Assembly: GCA_965153355.1 (NCBI GenBank)
Contig: OZ231126.1
Coordinates: 24,242,001-24,306,000 of the forward strand
Length of the DNA: 64,000 nt
Direction of reading: 5' to 3'
Source of the DNA: Flaccisagitta enflata
Lineage: Eukaryota
Positions 14,618 to 27,805 of this stretch are shown piece by piece. The translations under genes were made by a program, and so were the position numbers. The number at the start of each line of letters is the position of its first letter. Position 1 is the stretch's first letter. The notes beneath the pieces are model-generated. The model saw nothing but the letters and a program-made list of their open reading frames with translations. It searched no databases and was not told the DNA's origin.

Positions 14618-14981
14618 CTACACGAACGAGGTCGTATCTGAGTTCAATAAATTGCCTTTGCCACACATCCAATGTATCAAAACTAAACTTCTAAAAAGAT
14701 AAAAAAAGTTCTTCCAGCATGCCATTTTTTTCTAATTTTTTTTTCTATTTTGTTTTGAGAAATCGATTGGATTGGAAAGAACATCAATCGAAATGAAAAT
14801 AGCTGAAAACGTCTCATTTATAGGTCAACAAAGTAGTAAACATAGTATTGGAAACATTAGTATAGTATATATAGAAACGTCAAACGAAAACGAAACACTG
14901 TATTTTTTTAAAGACTTTATGACCATGTCCATTTTTTGGTTGACCATTTCACATGAACCTGTCCAGCCTAAAAACTGACAG

Positions 14982-15015
<34 letters not shown>

Positions 15016-16121
15016 TGTATGTATGTATGTATGTATGTATGTATGTATGTATGTATGTATGTATGTATGTCACACTGTCCCCGTTAGCCCTATAAAGTCA
15101 GGCATCAATGTCCCCTCATCAGGCCATGTTTTTAGTGTTTTATGATGTGTTGGGACTTGAAATAGCAGGCTGGCAAATTTTTTCTCACGCAGAGATTTTT
15201 TTAATAAGGAAAAAAGTCAGTCTTCAACTTTTTGACATATTCAAGAGAAACAGGGCTTTTATTTTCTGATAAGGTAGTTGGGGAACTCATAGGGCTGATT
15301 GCACCCTTGGATGAAATTGATAGGGTAAGTAAATTTGATAATTCTCTTTCATTTGGCGCCAAGCAGAATGCTCTACAGCAAATATTTTTTGCGTTATGAA
15401 TTTTTAAAGATTTATTTACAAAAAATTCAAATTGAATTTTCTTTCGATTTTTCATGATTTTGAATAGAATCAATAAAGGAGTGTATTTGAGTTTTTTTGA
15501 GCATGCAAATACATGAAAACATGTTTACGAGCATAGCTGCTCATCTATGAGGGTGTTTTGTAGCATTTTAGCTCATTTAAATCATTTAGCTCAGTTTTTT
15601 TTCTTGATATTAAATGCAACAAATGAATAAATATTTTGAAACATGTTTAAGCAAGCAGCTACAAGAAAGCATATCAGTGAGTAGACCAGCATTTTAGCAT
15701 TTAGCTCATTTAGTTTATTTTTTTTTCTAACTTTTAGTAGGAAGAATAAATGTTTTAATTAAGCATGCAAATACCAGAAAGCATTTCAGTGAGCATAGCT
15801 GGATATCTGGTTGAGTGATGTTGAGTATTTTTGCTAATCTAGCTCATTTGGCAAAGTCATATTTTTCTTTGATTTTCAGTGCAATCAACACATAAAATTG
15901 CTCTAAATTTGATTTAACAAATTAAAAAATGCAGGGACTGAAAATAAAAGCTTGGTGAAAAGTAACCAATGCTTACAACTTTTTTTCTCATGGCGACAGC
16001 TGCCATTACTTGTATGACATATTAGCGTTTGAGAATGAATGGGTGGTTGTAATTCTAAAACAATGCTTGGGGTCAGCTTAAAGAATAGCCAGTAAACTTT
16101 TTAAAAAAATTATTCTACATC

Positions 16122-16348
16122 AAACAAGGCCGGATACACGGCTACCGAAGTCGCGTGCGGGTAGGCAGGGGCCATATCCATCATTTGGGCAGGAGCAGTA
16201 AAGCCAAAGACCCCAAAAACCCAAAAAAAGTAAAGTGTGACGGACGGACCGATGGACAGACCGACGGACGGACCAACAGACAGTCGGACCAACGGATGGA
16301 CGGACCGACAAAGCGGCTTGTAGAGTCGCGTAGCACGCGACTAAAAAA
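16122..16348 (-). mobile_element. HINE-like element, AGTCGCGTG subfamily (nested in 15071-19038)
   Basis: On the minus strand: TTTTTTAGTCGCGTGCTACGCGACT ... CACGCGACT TCGGTA GCCGTGTATCCGGC CTTGTTT. Confidence 0.8.
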
Positions 16349-16435
16349 TTACAATATAAGTGCAATTTAGCGTTTGTAGCTAAAATTGTTAAGAAATGGG
16401 AGGCAAAAGGGTGAAAACATTCAATATCAAAATTG

Positions 16436-16560
16436 AAAAAAATTGAAGATCTTCAATTTTTTCTAATTATTCCTCAAATAGCATTGTAATTGCGGCCCAA
16501 AAAATTGAAGATCTTCAATTTTTTCTAATTATTTCTGAAACAGCATTGTAATTGCGGCCC
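16436..16560. repeat. 62-bp tandem duplicate, each unit holding a perfect 26-bp palindrome
   Basis: AAAAAATTGAAGATCTTCAATTTTTT occurs twice, 62 bp apart. Confidence 0.85.
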
Positions 16561-17100
16561 AGTCTCCCACTTGAAATGTTTTCAAGCTTCTAGGATCCCT
16601 AATTAGAAATGCTGCAGATGGCTGATTGAGGGCCTAAAGAGCCTGAAGGATTAAAGCTGTTTGTAGAGCCTGTTTGTAGGCTGATTTGAAGCCTGTGAGG
16701 GTTGATTTGAGGCCTGAAGGGGTGGATTTGATGCCTAAGGAGGCTGATTCAAGGTCTGTGAAGGCTGATGTGAGGCTTAAGAGGGCCAGTTTCATGCTTG
16801 AGAGAGCTGATTTTAAGCTTGAAAGGTGTACTTGAGGCCTAAGAGGACTGAATAGAAGCCTGAAAGGCTATAAAGAACTGCTTTGAAGCCTGAAATAGCT
16901 TAGCTGGTTAGAGGCATGAGAGGCCTAATTAGAGGCCTGAAAGGCCTGATTGGAGGTCTGAGGGGCCCAATTTGAGGCATAAGAGGCTTGATTTGACAAC
17001 AGAGGCCTGATTTGAGGCCTAAGAGTCTTGATCAAGGGGGGGGGATGGACAGACTGACAGACTAACAAAAAGACTGACAAGTAGACTGACAGACTAATAA

Positions 17101-17707
17101 AAATAGTCGCAAAAGCGTCAGATGGACAGCGGTACCCGTTGCCCCTATGAGTGTATGTGGGTGTGGTGGTTAGAGGGGCAGCGGCCCCAAAGAGGCCGAT
17201 GACCTATGCTGTTTTTATTTGAACTTCAAGGCTGGAATTAGGGCCTGGAGACTGGGATATGAGCCTCGTGGCTAGGATTTGAGCCTTGAGACTGGTATTT
17301 GAGCCTCATGGCTGGGATTTGAGCCTCGAGGCTGGGATTTGAGTCTCAAGCCTGGGATTTGAGCCTCGAGGCTAGGATTTGGGCCTCGAGGCTAGGATTT
17401 AGGCCTCCAGGCTAGGATTTGGGCCTCGAGACTAGGATTTGTGCCTTGCGACTAGGATTTGGGCCTCTAGCCTCTAGAGGGCCTCTAGGCCTGGGAGGGC
17501 AGATTCAAGGCCTGAGAGGGCAGATTCAAGGCCTGAGAGGGCAGATTTTGGGCCTGAACTGGCATATTTCAGGCGTGAGAGGGCAGATTCCAGGCCTGAG
17601 GAGGCCTGGGGGACAAAGGGATGGATGAATAAACAAATAAACAGACAAACAAAAGTTGCCCTGTGTCCCACAAGACTTTATCTCCTTTGAGGCCGCCACT
17701 CAAAAAA
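17101..17707 (-). mobile_element. Family D element (D2-type tail joined to a D1-type end)
   Basis: AATAGTCGCAAAAGCG tail, 21-bp GGGATTTGAGCCTCGAGGCT array, and a D1-like end. More degenerate D copies or arrays at about 1380-1860, 4487-4705, 9640-10130, 12589-13330 and 16610-17100. Confidence 0.65.
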
Positions 17708-19245
17708 GGATCCAAAAAGTTCATTTGGGGCCTGAAAGGTCAGATTTAGGATACAAGATGTCGCTGTTGACGTGAGGAAAAAAATTGTAAGCATTGGTCA
17801 CTTCTCACCAAGCTTTTATTTTCAGTCCCTGCATTTTTTAATTTGTAAGATCAAATTAAGAGCAATTTTATGTATTGATTGCACTGAAAATCAAAGAAAA
17901 ATAGAACTGATATTTTGTCCACAACATCAATTTGAAGTAAAACAAGCATTTTTGGCTAAAGCTCATTTCATCCCTTTTTCATTAAAACTATTTTCCCTCA
18001 TTTTTGATCAGATTGAGCTACAAATGCTAAAATAGTCTCAAATTATACATGTTTTTTCAAAATTTATGAAGATATCTTCAACTGAAACAAATCTGACGTT
18101 TATTGCTCAATCCAGTGAGACATAAGAGCAAATCAATAAAAAATAGTTAGATGAACTAAGGCTAAATTGAGCTGTATCTGAAAATGATTCTTTTTCTTCA
18201 AATTGATGTTGTGGACAAAGTATTTAACTCAGACCAATGAAATTGTGACACAAAAAACGTCAAACATAGTACTATGAAAGAAAACAAATTCCAAAACAGT
18301 GAAGAGAAGCAGGTGAGAGCAAAAGCTTAACACTTTTTCCCAGTCGAGATTGATGCCCCGGTATGCTCACTGAAATGCTTTCTTGTATTTGCATGTTCAA
18401 TTAAAACATTTATTCATCCTATTAAAAGTTAGGAAAACAAGGCCAGATACACGGCAAATACCAGTTGCGGACGAGTGGGCAGGGGCGAAAATGTGTGTTT
18501 TCACATTTTTCAACTCGTGCTCGTGGACCAACAGAGGGATGGATCAATGGACCGAGGGACGGACGGATAAAGCTATGCTCGTAAACACGTTTTCATGTAT
18601 ATGCGTGCTCAAACAAACTCAAATACACTCTTTTATTGATCCGTTTCAAAATCATTAAAAATCGGAAAAAAATTCAATTTGAATTTTTCGTAAATAGATA
18701 TTCAAAAATTCATAACACAAAAAATATTTGCTGTAGAGCATTCTGCTTGGCGCACAATGAAAGAGAATTATCGAATTTACTTACCCTATTGATTTCGTCC
18801 AAGGGTGCAATCAGCCCTATAATTTCCCCAACTTCCTCATTAGAAAATAAAAGCCCTGTTTTTCTTGAATATGTCAAAAAGTCAAAGACTGACTTTTTTC
18901 CTGATTAAAAAAATCTCCGCGTGAGAAAAAATTTGCCAGCAAGCTATTTCAAGTCCCAACAAATCATAAAACACTGGAAACATGGTCTGATGAGGGGACA
19001 TTGATGCCTGACTTTATAGGGCTAACGGGGACAGTGTGATGTATGTATGTATGTATGTATGTATGTATGAATGTATGTATGTATGGGTCAAAAGTATTCT
19101 TGCCCACAATGGCTCGGGCCAACTGTTAATTTTCAGGGTACAAACAAAAACAAAAACATGAAAAGCCTTGCTTCATTCACAGGAGGTTAGAATAAAGAAA
19201 ATTTATATTTGAGCGGATGACCTGGATCTCTCCATCTGTGTCGCT

Positions 19246-19279
<34 letters not shown>

Positions 19280-19386
19280 CTGTCTGTCTATCTGTAGGTG
19301 TGTCGTTCTCACTGCTTCAATCTTTCTTTCTATCTGTCGATCTGCCTCTGTTTGTCTTTCTGTCGGTCTGTCTGTCTGTGTCTGAG

Positions 19387-19468
<82 letters not shown>

Positions 19469-20037
19469 TCTCCAGGCTGCAACGACGAGGGTAACCCTCC
19501 TGTTTTCTTTCATTTATCCCTGAGTCGAAAAGAAAACCATTAATTTCAATCAGAAGAACGCCACAGCTTCTGAACCGCTGCACCTTTGTACTCGCCCGCC
19601 CTTCCATTACCGTTGCAGGGGTCACGAGGGGCATATTTCAGTACGAGTATCTTGTTCTTATGCGCATTCATGCTTATTTTTAGAAGAAGATGCCTGGCAT
19701 TATACATGTCCTCAGTTAAATGAAGCATTGCCAAAAAGGTTATTGAGGTTTTAAACAAAGCATGAGCCCATGAGATTGTTTGATCAGTGGTTATCTCTGT
19801 GTGGCTATATGACACAATGCAATCCTCCCTATTACTTCTGTTCTGGTAATGGATCAGGGATCTTTGAGGAAAGGGTTAGGGATATTCTTGATAGTTTTCA
19901 ATTGATCCCAATCAGTTGAACTATAATTTAGGATCTTTTTGGATCCGGAACCGGAGCTCCTTCTAGCGTATCAAAGTAAGCTCAAATTTCATTAGAAAAT
20001 CTGATTCAGTACATGACATTCAGTGTATTACAGAGAT

Positions 20038-20098
<61 letters not shown>

Positions 20099-21297
20099 TC
20101 AAAAACACATATCTAACTACTACAACACTACATAGTGAATCACAATTTTCATAAAAAAAACTCTGCTTACATTCTGTCTTTAGAATTGCTCTACTGGATC
20201 GGATTCTAGATCCTAAACTTAACTTAAAAATGTTCCTGTTCCGAATCCGGTTCTTAAGATGAAATTAAAGACAATGATACCCAGATCCTTATGAAGTGGT
20301 TTAACTGAGCCTGTTCCGCGATTGAAGATCCTTGTTCTGTTAATGCCAGTCCAAATGTATTGTGTATGAAAATAACTTAGTGTGCTAGAGTTGTTCTATA
20401 TCAAAACACAAGGAGCCTTGCTCATACCACCAGACCATTACGCCAACTAAGAGAAATCAATAACAGAAAATAAAATTTTCATTTTTAACTGAGTGCACGC
20501 GATTCCTTAACCATATGGGTGTTTCATATCAATTTTTTTTTCAACCGATTCAGTCGCTTGTTTGTCAGAGGATGTCACCGGCGATGCAATCCACTGGTGT
20601 GGTGGCAATTTTGGCATGGGTTTTCTTGCATGAGCTTTCCCATGCTTTGAACTTTATCTTTAGCGGCCAATCACTCTGAAGCCGGTATTGGTTTGGGCTA
20701 GGGCTTGGGTTTGGGTTAGGGCTTGGGTTAGGAATTACTTTAGGGATTATGTTAGGGTGGGTTGGTTCCTATATTTCCTTGCGCAAGTCAGTTAGGATAA
20801 ACGCTTTGCCCTAGTGGAACGTTCAGGGGAAACAAGTGTCAAGTTATGGGTTTGTCTCTTACATGATAATTGTGCCGTGCAGGGGTTAAAAGAATTTACA
20901 TTAGGCTCAAAGGATGGTTTAGGAGCTCAAAAGACAAACGAATCTTTCACAGCTATAAGAGACAAGAAAGTGAACTCAAAGTGTTATTGTGTCTCAAAAA
21001 CTATTCTGTAGAGTAATTCTTTCAGGCCTGAGAGAACTTCATCATAACTTCGTAAGCTGTATGCCTTTAACAATTACCTTTACAAACCATTTGTAAATGC
21101 CATTCTGTCCCCGCCCAATTGCCCTTTTGTTTCCAAAACGCCTTTTCGAATGATGGTGAAAACAAAATAACAAACGTTGGAAACAGTTGCTTCAAGTTGA
21201 TATGAAATTAAAACAAAAGGTCCCACTTTTCATTCGGAGCCTGATCCGATTGTCGAGTTGTTCTTCAACTTGAATTCCCTGTTTGAATCTGGACTAG

Positions 21298-21372
<75 letters not shown>

Positions 21373-22574
21373 AGAAGTCCAGACACAAAGAATATGCCCG
21401 CTCGACGCAGTTGGATTTCTATTCAACTTCTTCCCTTTGAATGAACCGTTTGATACTAAGGAAGCTCGAGAGAGCTGGATGATGTCGAAGACGGAGAAGA
21501 TGACGACGATGGTGACGGTAAGAGGGACGGGGACGACGATATCGACGTCGACATGTGACGGCAACGACGACGATGATACCCAGAGGGACGCTCTATTGAA
21601 CGATGATGACTTAAGCTGAAAGGATATGTGACAATAACGGCGACGATGACATTGCTTACATAAACGAAAGCGTTTATAACGATGACGATGACGCTGTAGA
21701 TGACTATAACGACCACGATAACGACGATGACGACGTTGAAGACGACGATGGCGACGATTTTGCTCAAGCAGACGACATCAAAAGCGACGCTTCGAGCCAG
21801 GCTTCTTCTTCTGCACTTTTTCCTCTTCGCGCTTCCTTTTCTCATAGGACGTAACTTTGAGATCATACATTCTCTCTATCCGTTGTATAAGGAGTAAAAG
21901 AGAAAGAGGGAAGCTTCCTCTCTCTCGCCGGCCCCGTGAACATCGCTTCTCTCTCTCTCTCTCCCGCCGCTCCTCGATAGTTTCCACTTTTCACGCCAGG
22001 TGAACCGTAATGGACAACCATAAAACAAAAGACAAATCTGCCAAGTTGTAAACAGATAATGAAATTCTCTCCCTTTTACTCTTTTTTTTCTGTCTCTTTA
22101 TTCTTCTTTCTCTCACGTTTTGCCCTTTCCTTTTTTCTACAGAAAGCGCATTTCGAGGTGCTAGAAAGCGTAAAAAAGTAGTTTGCGCGAGCGCTAGATT
22201 GCCATTACTACACATTACGAGTCTCCGCTGTTAAGCCCGTCTTTATAATCCCATTCAACCGCCCCCCCATCCCACTTCCTCATTCTTTCATTCTTCCTTC
22301 ATTGTACCCTGTAAACGATATTGTTATTTCTTTCTCTCTCTCTTCCTGTCTGTCTGGCCATTTGGCCCATTTTTGTCGAGGCCATTTTAAAGGGCGACGC
22401 GGCCCGCATTTTTGGTCGACACTTTCATGAGCCATAAAAAGAGAAGAAACGTCTTTCTCCGTTTTCGCGTCCATTTTCGCGATTTAACTACACTCAAAAC
22501 TCAGTCAGTTTCCATCCCCTGAATTCCTTTCTCTTTTTCATGTCTGTCACATCAGTCAGCTCATCTCTCCAACA

Positions 22575-22887
22575 TTTTTAAGTGCGTCCTCGCACTTCTA
22601 TAAGAGGTCATGTCCGTCTGTCGGTCGGTTGGTCGGTCTGTAACGCAAACGTTTAAAACGCTCAAAACGGTCAATTCTGTCGTCATTCTTCATTCCTATC
22701 ACCTCTCATGCCTTACCACACTCATTTTCATTCTGTTTTCATTCATTTATTCATTCATTCATTCATTCATTCATTCATTCATTCATTCATTCATTTATTC
22801 ATTCGTTCATTCATTCATTCAAAACGTTCATTAACAAAATCTTAATCAAGCGAGGCGCACTTATTGACCATAACTTGGCCTTATTTT
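22575..22887 (+). mobile_element. HINE-like element, AAGTGCG subfamily with (ATTC)n
   Basis: TTTTTAAGTGCGTCCTCGCACTT hairpin ... GAGGCGCACTT ATT GACCATAACTTGGCC TTATTTT. Confidence 0.7.
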
Positions 22888-22976
22888 CCTGTTCTTTCAT
22901 ATTCTTTGAATGATGCATGTAATTAAATGACAATAACTATGAAGACGAATGATGTTCAAACTAAGGATGCGGAGTA

Positions 22977-24495
22977 GAGTGGGCTCAATTGGGGCATTCA
23001 AATGAAACACTTTTTCCAAGCACTTTTCATGTTCCTTTTGCATATTAAGAGCCCAATCTCTTTGGAAAACTGATTTGGACTTGATCTTGGCACCACGTCA
23101 TCAATGCTGTAGTTGTATAGAATTTATTGCTGGAGTTATGAGAGGAATATCTACCATACCATACAACCAAAAGAAAAGACGCACTTTTGAATGACTAATT
23201 TTGCCTTTGAAGCTTAAAAAAACTTATTACAGTACGATTGTTTTCGTTTGTAACATTTCATGGCAACATTATTCTTAAAGAAATTGAAATAATTGAATTC
23301 TGAAAAAAGTTCCTAAAAGACTATGAAAATACATTTTATAACATGTCAATCAAAGGATCTACTTAGAAAAATCTGATTCTCTCATCAAAAAATGAACTAC
23401 AGGACCAACTTGACAAATTGTCAAATTGAAAAATTTGGGAAAATTTAACAGATGGACTGTTTATCTTTAAATTGTTCTCATTTCTAAACGGTTTGAGCTA
23501 CAGATGCCAGATTGGTCTCAAATGAGAAATAATGTGATCTGTTTTTAAAGTTTTCTGAAAAGCAAGCACTGATTTGATGCTTTGAATACAATTTATTAAC
23601 TATAGGCAGGTACTTTTGTTAAATCTTTAAAAATGATTCCAAATCTTTTATGTTTTTTATGATACGTGTTTCCAAATAGGTTTTTTTCTTTTTATTTTCT
23701 AGAACTACTTCAAATTATCTTTCATTTGAGACAAACCTAGTATTTGTAGGTCAAATCGTTTAGAAATAAGAGCAATCCAAAGAAAAACAGTTTATCTCAA
23801 AACATGAAAAACAGTTTATTTTTGCTAAATATGCCTTACAACTAATAGTAAGAAATCCGGATCAAATTTTTGTTGAAAAACCTTGGGATTTTGATATCAT
23901 TAAATATATTTTCAATATCTTTCACTATCTTTTTTCAGAATATGATTAACCTTACAACTTTCCAAGTCATGTTGTCATGAAATGTTACAAACAAAAACAA
24001 TCATACTGTAAAATCTTAGGTCATTTGAAAGCCCTTTAAAAGTACTTTTATTTGGCGCCAATCTGGTATTGCTGTCTCTTTTTGTTTAGAAATGGCATTG
24101 GTTTAACTGAAAACATTGCCCATTTCAGTTTCGCAATTTCTATGTAAAAATGTATTTTCATAAATTAGTGTTTCTCATTGCAGGGCTCTAGCTTAACCGT
24201 TTGAGATACAGACCTGGGATTTGTCTAGATGGAAAGAAAATCTGAAAATCTTTCAAAATGTTTTTTTTTAAATATTTGAAATCAATTCTCATATCTATTT
24301 CATCAATTATTAAATAGGTGCGTATTTTTTTTTATCCACGTGGTAGACACTCTATACAACTACAGCATTGATGACGTGGTGCTTAGATCAAGTCCAAATC
24401 GATTTTCCGACAAGATTGGGCTCTTATTATATAAATGGAACATAAAAGGTGCTTGAAAATAATGTTGTGTTCAAATACCCAAATTGAGCCCACTC
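22977..24495. mobile_element. TA-flanked foldback element containing two nested MITEs (about 23154-24343 and 23230-24008)
   Basis: TA|GAGTGGGCTCAATT ... AATTGAGCCCACTC|TA with arms of about 150 bp. The innermost element is TA|CAGTACGATTG ... CAATCATACTG|TA. Confidence 0.75.
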
Positions 24496-24563
24496 TAATG
24501 CGGAGGCGCCGGAGGCGGTCTTTCATAAAATCGCTCCTACCATTGCTGCTTCCACTTTCCTTC

Positions 24564-25040
24564 TTAGTTGCGGAGGTTTTTTCATCCGTTGGTCTGTCTA
24601 TTGGTCTGTCCTCAGCGCATGGTCGAAAAATGGAATAATGAGCGTTTTAGATGATTTTTGCGTATGCGTCTTGGTGGAGGGTTATGGGGTATGGATGGGG
24701 GTTGGATGCCCCTGCCCACCCGTCCGCAACGGTATTGTGACCCCGCGTCACTCGTTCTTAGTTTAAACGCATGTAGGAATGTGGAAGCCGTTTACTACGT
24801 CCAATTTTGTGGGTGGGTTTTGAACTGCAACAAGGCCGTATACACGGCTTCCCCAGTCGCATGCGAGTGGGCAGGGGCAGTGATGAAATTGACCAACCAA
24901 GCAGTTGGGCAGGAGCAGTAACCCCAGAACCGCCCGTAAACGCAGAAAAAAGGACCGAACGACCAACCGACCAACCGACCGACCGACCGACGGACAGACG
25001 GACAGAGCGGGTTGGAGAGTCATGTGCACGCGACTAAAAA
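24564..25040. mobile_element. Two tail-to-tail HINE-like elements (24564-24756 '+', 24829-25040 '-')
   Basis: The first ends TCCGCAACGGTATTGTGACCCCGCGTCAC. The second carries AACAAGGCCGTATACACGGC and GCACGCGACTAAAAA termini. Confidence 0.7.
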
Positions 25041-25264
25041 TTGAAGTGGCAGCGGAACTGGAAGAAGAGGAATCGGCATGAAGATCGACTGCCTCCGCAA
25101 CCCTGAATAGTATAGTAGAATATATCCCACCTATCAAATTGGTGACGAATATTCTACCTTGCAACGTATCACCAGCATGTTGAGGGAGAGTTTAACGGCG
25201 GCCAAGCGAGACGGAGAAATCTTTAGGAAAGCTGACCGACCGGCCAAGCAATAAAATTCACAAC

Positions 25265-25354
<90 letters not shown>

Positions 25355-25634
25355 AACCCTAATTTGCATTTTGCTGTTAATGATCTATTGAAGTTTGCGT
25401 GTGTCAAAATAAATTTGAAGTCAAGATAGGATCGGCTTATCAGATCGGTCATATTCCGTATCTTATGTTCTTACGTCTTTAACCTGAACGGTTATTTTGG
25501 AAACATGGTGACCGTTTCTTTCTCGGAAAAGAACCCGGCAGTGGTTGAATCTCTGGAGTATAATAAGAAAAACCTCCATGTAGAGGCGGTCATCTAATGC
25601 TCTTGAAATAGTTTCTTTCTCTATCTTTGTGCAG

Positions 25635-25900
25635 GCATCATCTGGCTGATCGTGGCCGGGCTAATGGTTGCCTTCGGTAATGTTGAATGTAGGATCTTTA
25701 GAATCTAAACCTTTAGCCATTGTTAGCAGTTCAAGGGATGAATGAAAACTGGAATTGCAATTTTAGTTACTTCTTTCGTTGCTACAGATCTCCTGAAACC
25801 GGTTATTTACACCTTTGCAGGCGGATTTCTGTCCAGGTTTTCTGGTGAAAGAGCACGCCGTAGCCAGATCACAAACTGCGCTTTCACATGGACCTGGTAG
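25635..25900 (+). other. Candidate pair of small exons (25635-25676 and 25788-25900) encoding a hydrophobic peptide
   Basis: gtttctttctctatctttgtgcag| 42-nt exon |gtaatg, then a 111-nt intron ending ttctttcgttgctacag|. The phases join to give GIIWLIVAGLMVAFDLLKPVIYTFAGGFLSRFSGERARRSQITNCAFTWTW*. I recognise no homology. Confidence 0.3.
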
Positions 25901-26032
25901 AGTTGCATTGTTTTACATGTGCTATCAAAGGCCTCTTTTCCCATCTTGTGCTCAATTTGTTAGAATTATATTTTCCCTATAGTTGAGGTTCACTAGAGCA
26001 TTTCTCAAGGGAGTGGGCAGAACTATGGCATA

Positions 26033-26636
26033 CTATCTAGAACATATGTTTGTCGGCAAGCATTATGGGACATATCTCTGTTTGAAATAAGAAATTTATA
26101 TAAAAATTGGTGAGCTTCTTAAACTACATCGAATTTCTGAGCTAATGCCACCAACCGCGTTCTTCTATCTCAATTCGTTTAGAAATGACAAGTAAAACAA
26201 GATTGCTACTCCAAATGCAAAATGGCAGAAAAATTAGATTTCATTTCCTTCCAGTTACGGCACTTGGCAAAACCTCATTTTTCAGCCATTTTAGGATTTT
26301 TTGTTCTGCTTAAGTGATGCCAAAGGGTAGTCATGTCATGTCTTCACTCCCTCAAAACCTGGTCTCTTGTCAGATACTCTTATGGAGACAGCTACAAAGA
26401 AGGGAGCACAGATCATTGAGCATGGGCTGAAAAAATCAGCTCTCAAGTTGTAAAGGAAGATCGTGTCATTCTACTTCAAAATACCTCTACAAAAGCGTTT
26501 CAGTTCAATTAATGAAATACATTGATGTCCACAAGACTCAGAGCAAGGCTCACATGTGTCTCATTGATGTTTTATGAATGATTTGATGGATATAGAACCT
26601 GATTGTAATCTTGCCGACAAACTTTTGTTCTAGATA
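26033..26636. mobile_element. TA-flanked MITE (family G), with an extra inverted terminus at 26848-26916
   Basis: TA|CTATCTAGAACA..GTTTGTCGGCAAG ... CTTGCCGACAAAC..TGTTCTAGATAG|TA. Relatives at 4773-5098 and 36739-37341. Confidence 0.75.
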
Positions 26637-27805
26637 GTAGCTTTATTCGTTTAGAAATGGCACAAGAATAAATGAAAACATTGCCATATTCACTTTTGCA
26701 ATTCAACTGTAAAGAAGTAGTTCACTGAAAAGAAGTAGTTCACTTTGACGAGCTCTTAGTTTTAAACGGTTTGAGTTACAGATCTGGTATTGGTCTTGAA
26801 TGAAAGAAAATTCAATTATCTTTGAAAATACCTTGAAAAAAAAGTTCATATAAATTTCTTATTTCAAACAGAGATATGTCCCATAATGCTTGCCGACAAA
26901 CATATGTTCTAGATAGTAGAACTACCAGCAACGTCGCATTTGAAAGATCTTTTGCAGATTTTTCAAACGGCCATGGATTTTTTATGTTTTATTTCTTCAG
27001 TTCAGCAGAAGTAAGCTAAATAAGTTGTCTCTTTTTTTTTGCCATGGTAAATATTGTTGCGCACTTGATCAATTGCAATTGCAATCCATTTAGTCAGACA
27101 GTTCCCTCGCCCAAAGTATTTCACGTTATAACTTCCGATATCAATTTATGACGATTTTCTTTTTCTCTCTCTCCCGTTTCCCCCATTTTCACTTATCTTT
27201 ATCCTGGGAATGATGATTCGATTCTGAGAAAACAAATGTTTTGTGTGTCACTTTGAAATGAAAGCAATCAGCAACCAGCAAGATTTTATTGGACAACCAT
27301 AAATCTGTCCACACCAAATATTCGACCCAAAGAGAGATCCAGGATAAAAAAAATCGCAGTAAGAAGAAATCAGCAAAAAGCGTGGAGGCGAAAGTGGGGG
27401 AGAAGGTGGGCTGGGGTAGGGCTGGGGTAAAGCTGAGTCAAACGTGGATGCAAAAAGTTGTTTCTGAAGGTTAACCGACACAAGGGTTCTTTACTGTGGG
27501 TGGTATGCTTTTCAGGGATAGGGTGCCTTGAAGACAAAGGGTAGGAAAGTGAACATACTGGACAAAATGAAGCGATTGGAAACAAGAATTCGAGGAATGA
27601 CGGTCTCAGCTATCTCGGAGAGAGGAAGGGTAGCTTTTGCGTTGTAGTTCTATGGCAGTGGGCGTCTGTGCGATCCGATGGACGTGATCTGGCCGGAGCG
27701 GAGCACTCGCGCTCCACGGCTTCTGGTCAAAAAGGAAAGGAGGTAAAAAGAGAGGAAAAATAAGAATGAGAGCCAACGGCTAAAACATAAGTATTTCTAA
27801 CAAGT

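Larger units (their letters stand above)
15071..19038. mobile_element. About 4-kb foldback element with CAC...GTG ends (Chapaev/Transib-like termini)
   Basis: CACACTGTCCCCGTTAGCCCTATAAAGTCAGGCATCAATGTCCCCTCATCAG and its exact inverse. Arms extend about 0.9 kb (15071-16010 versus about 17760-19038). Flanked by ATGT inside a (TATG)n tract. A further arm copy lies at about 43955-45453. Confidence 0.8.

Noticed and set aside
20690..20766. Telomere-like TTAGGG/TTTGGG hexamers
   Set aside because: Short and degenerate; more likely a G-rich repeat fragment than an interstitial telomere.
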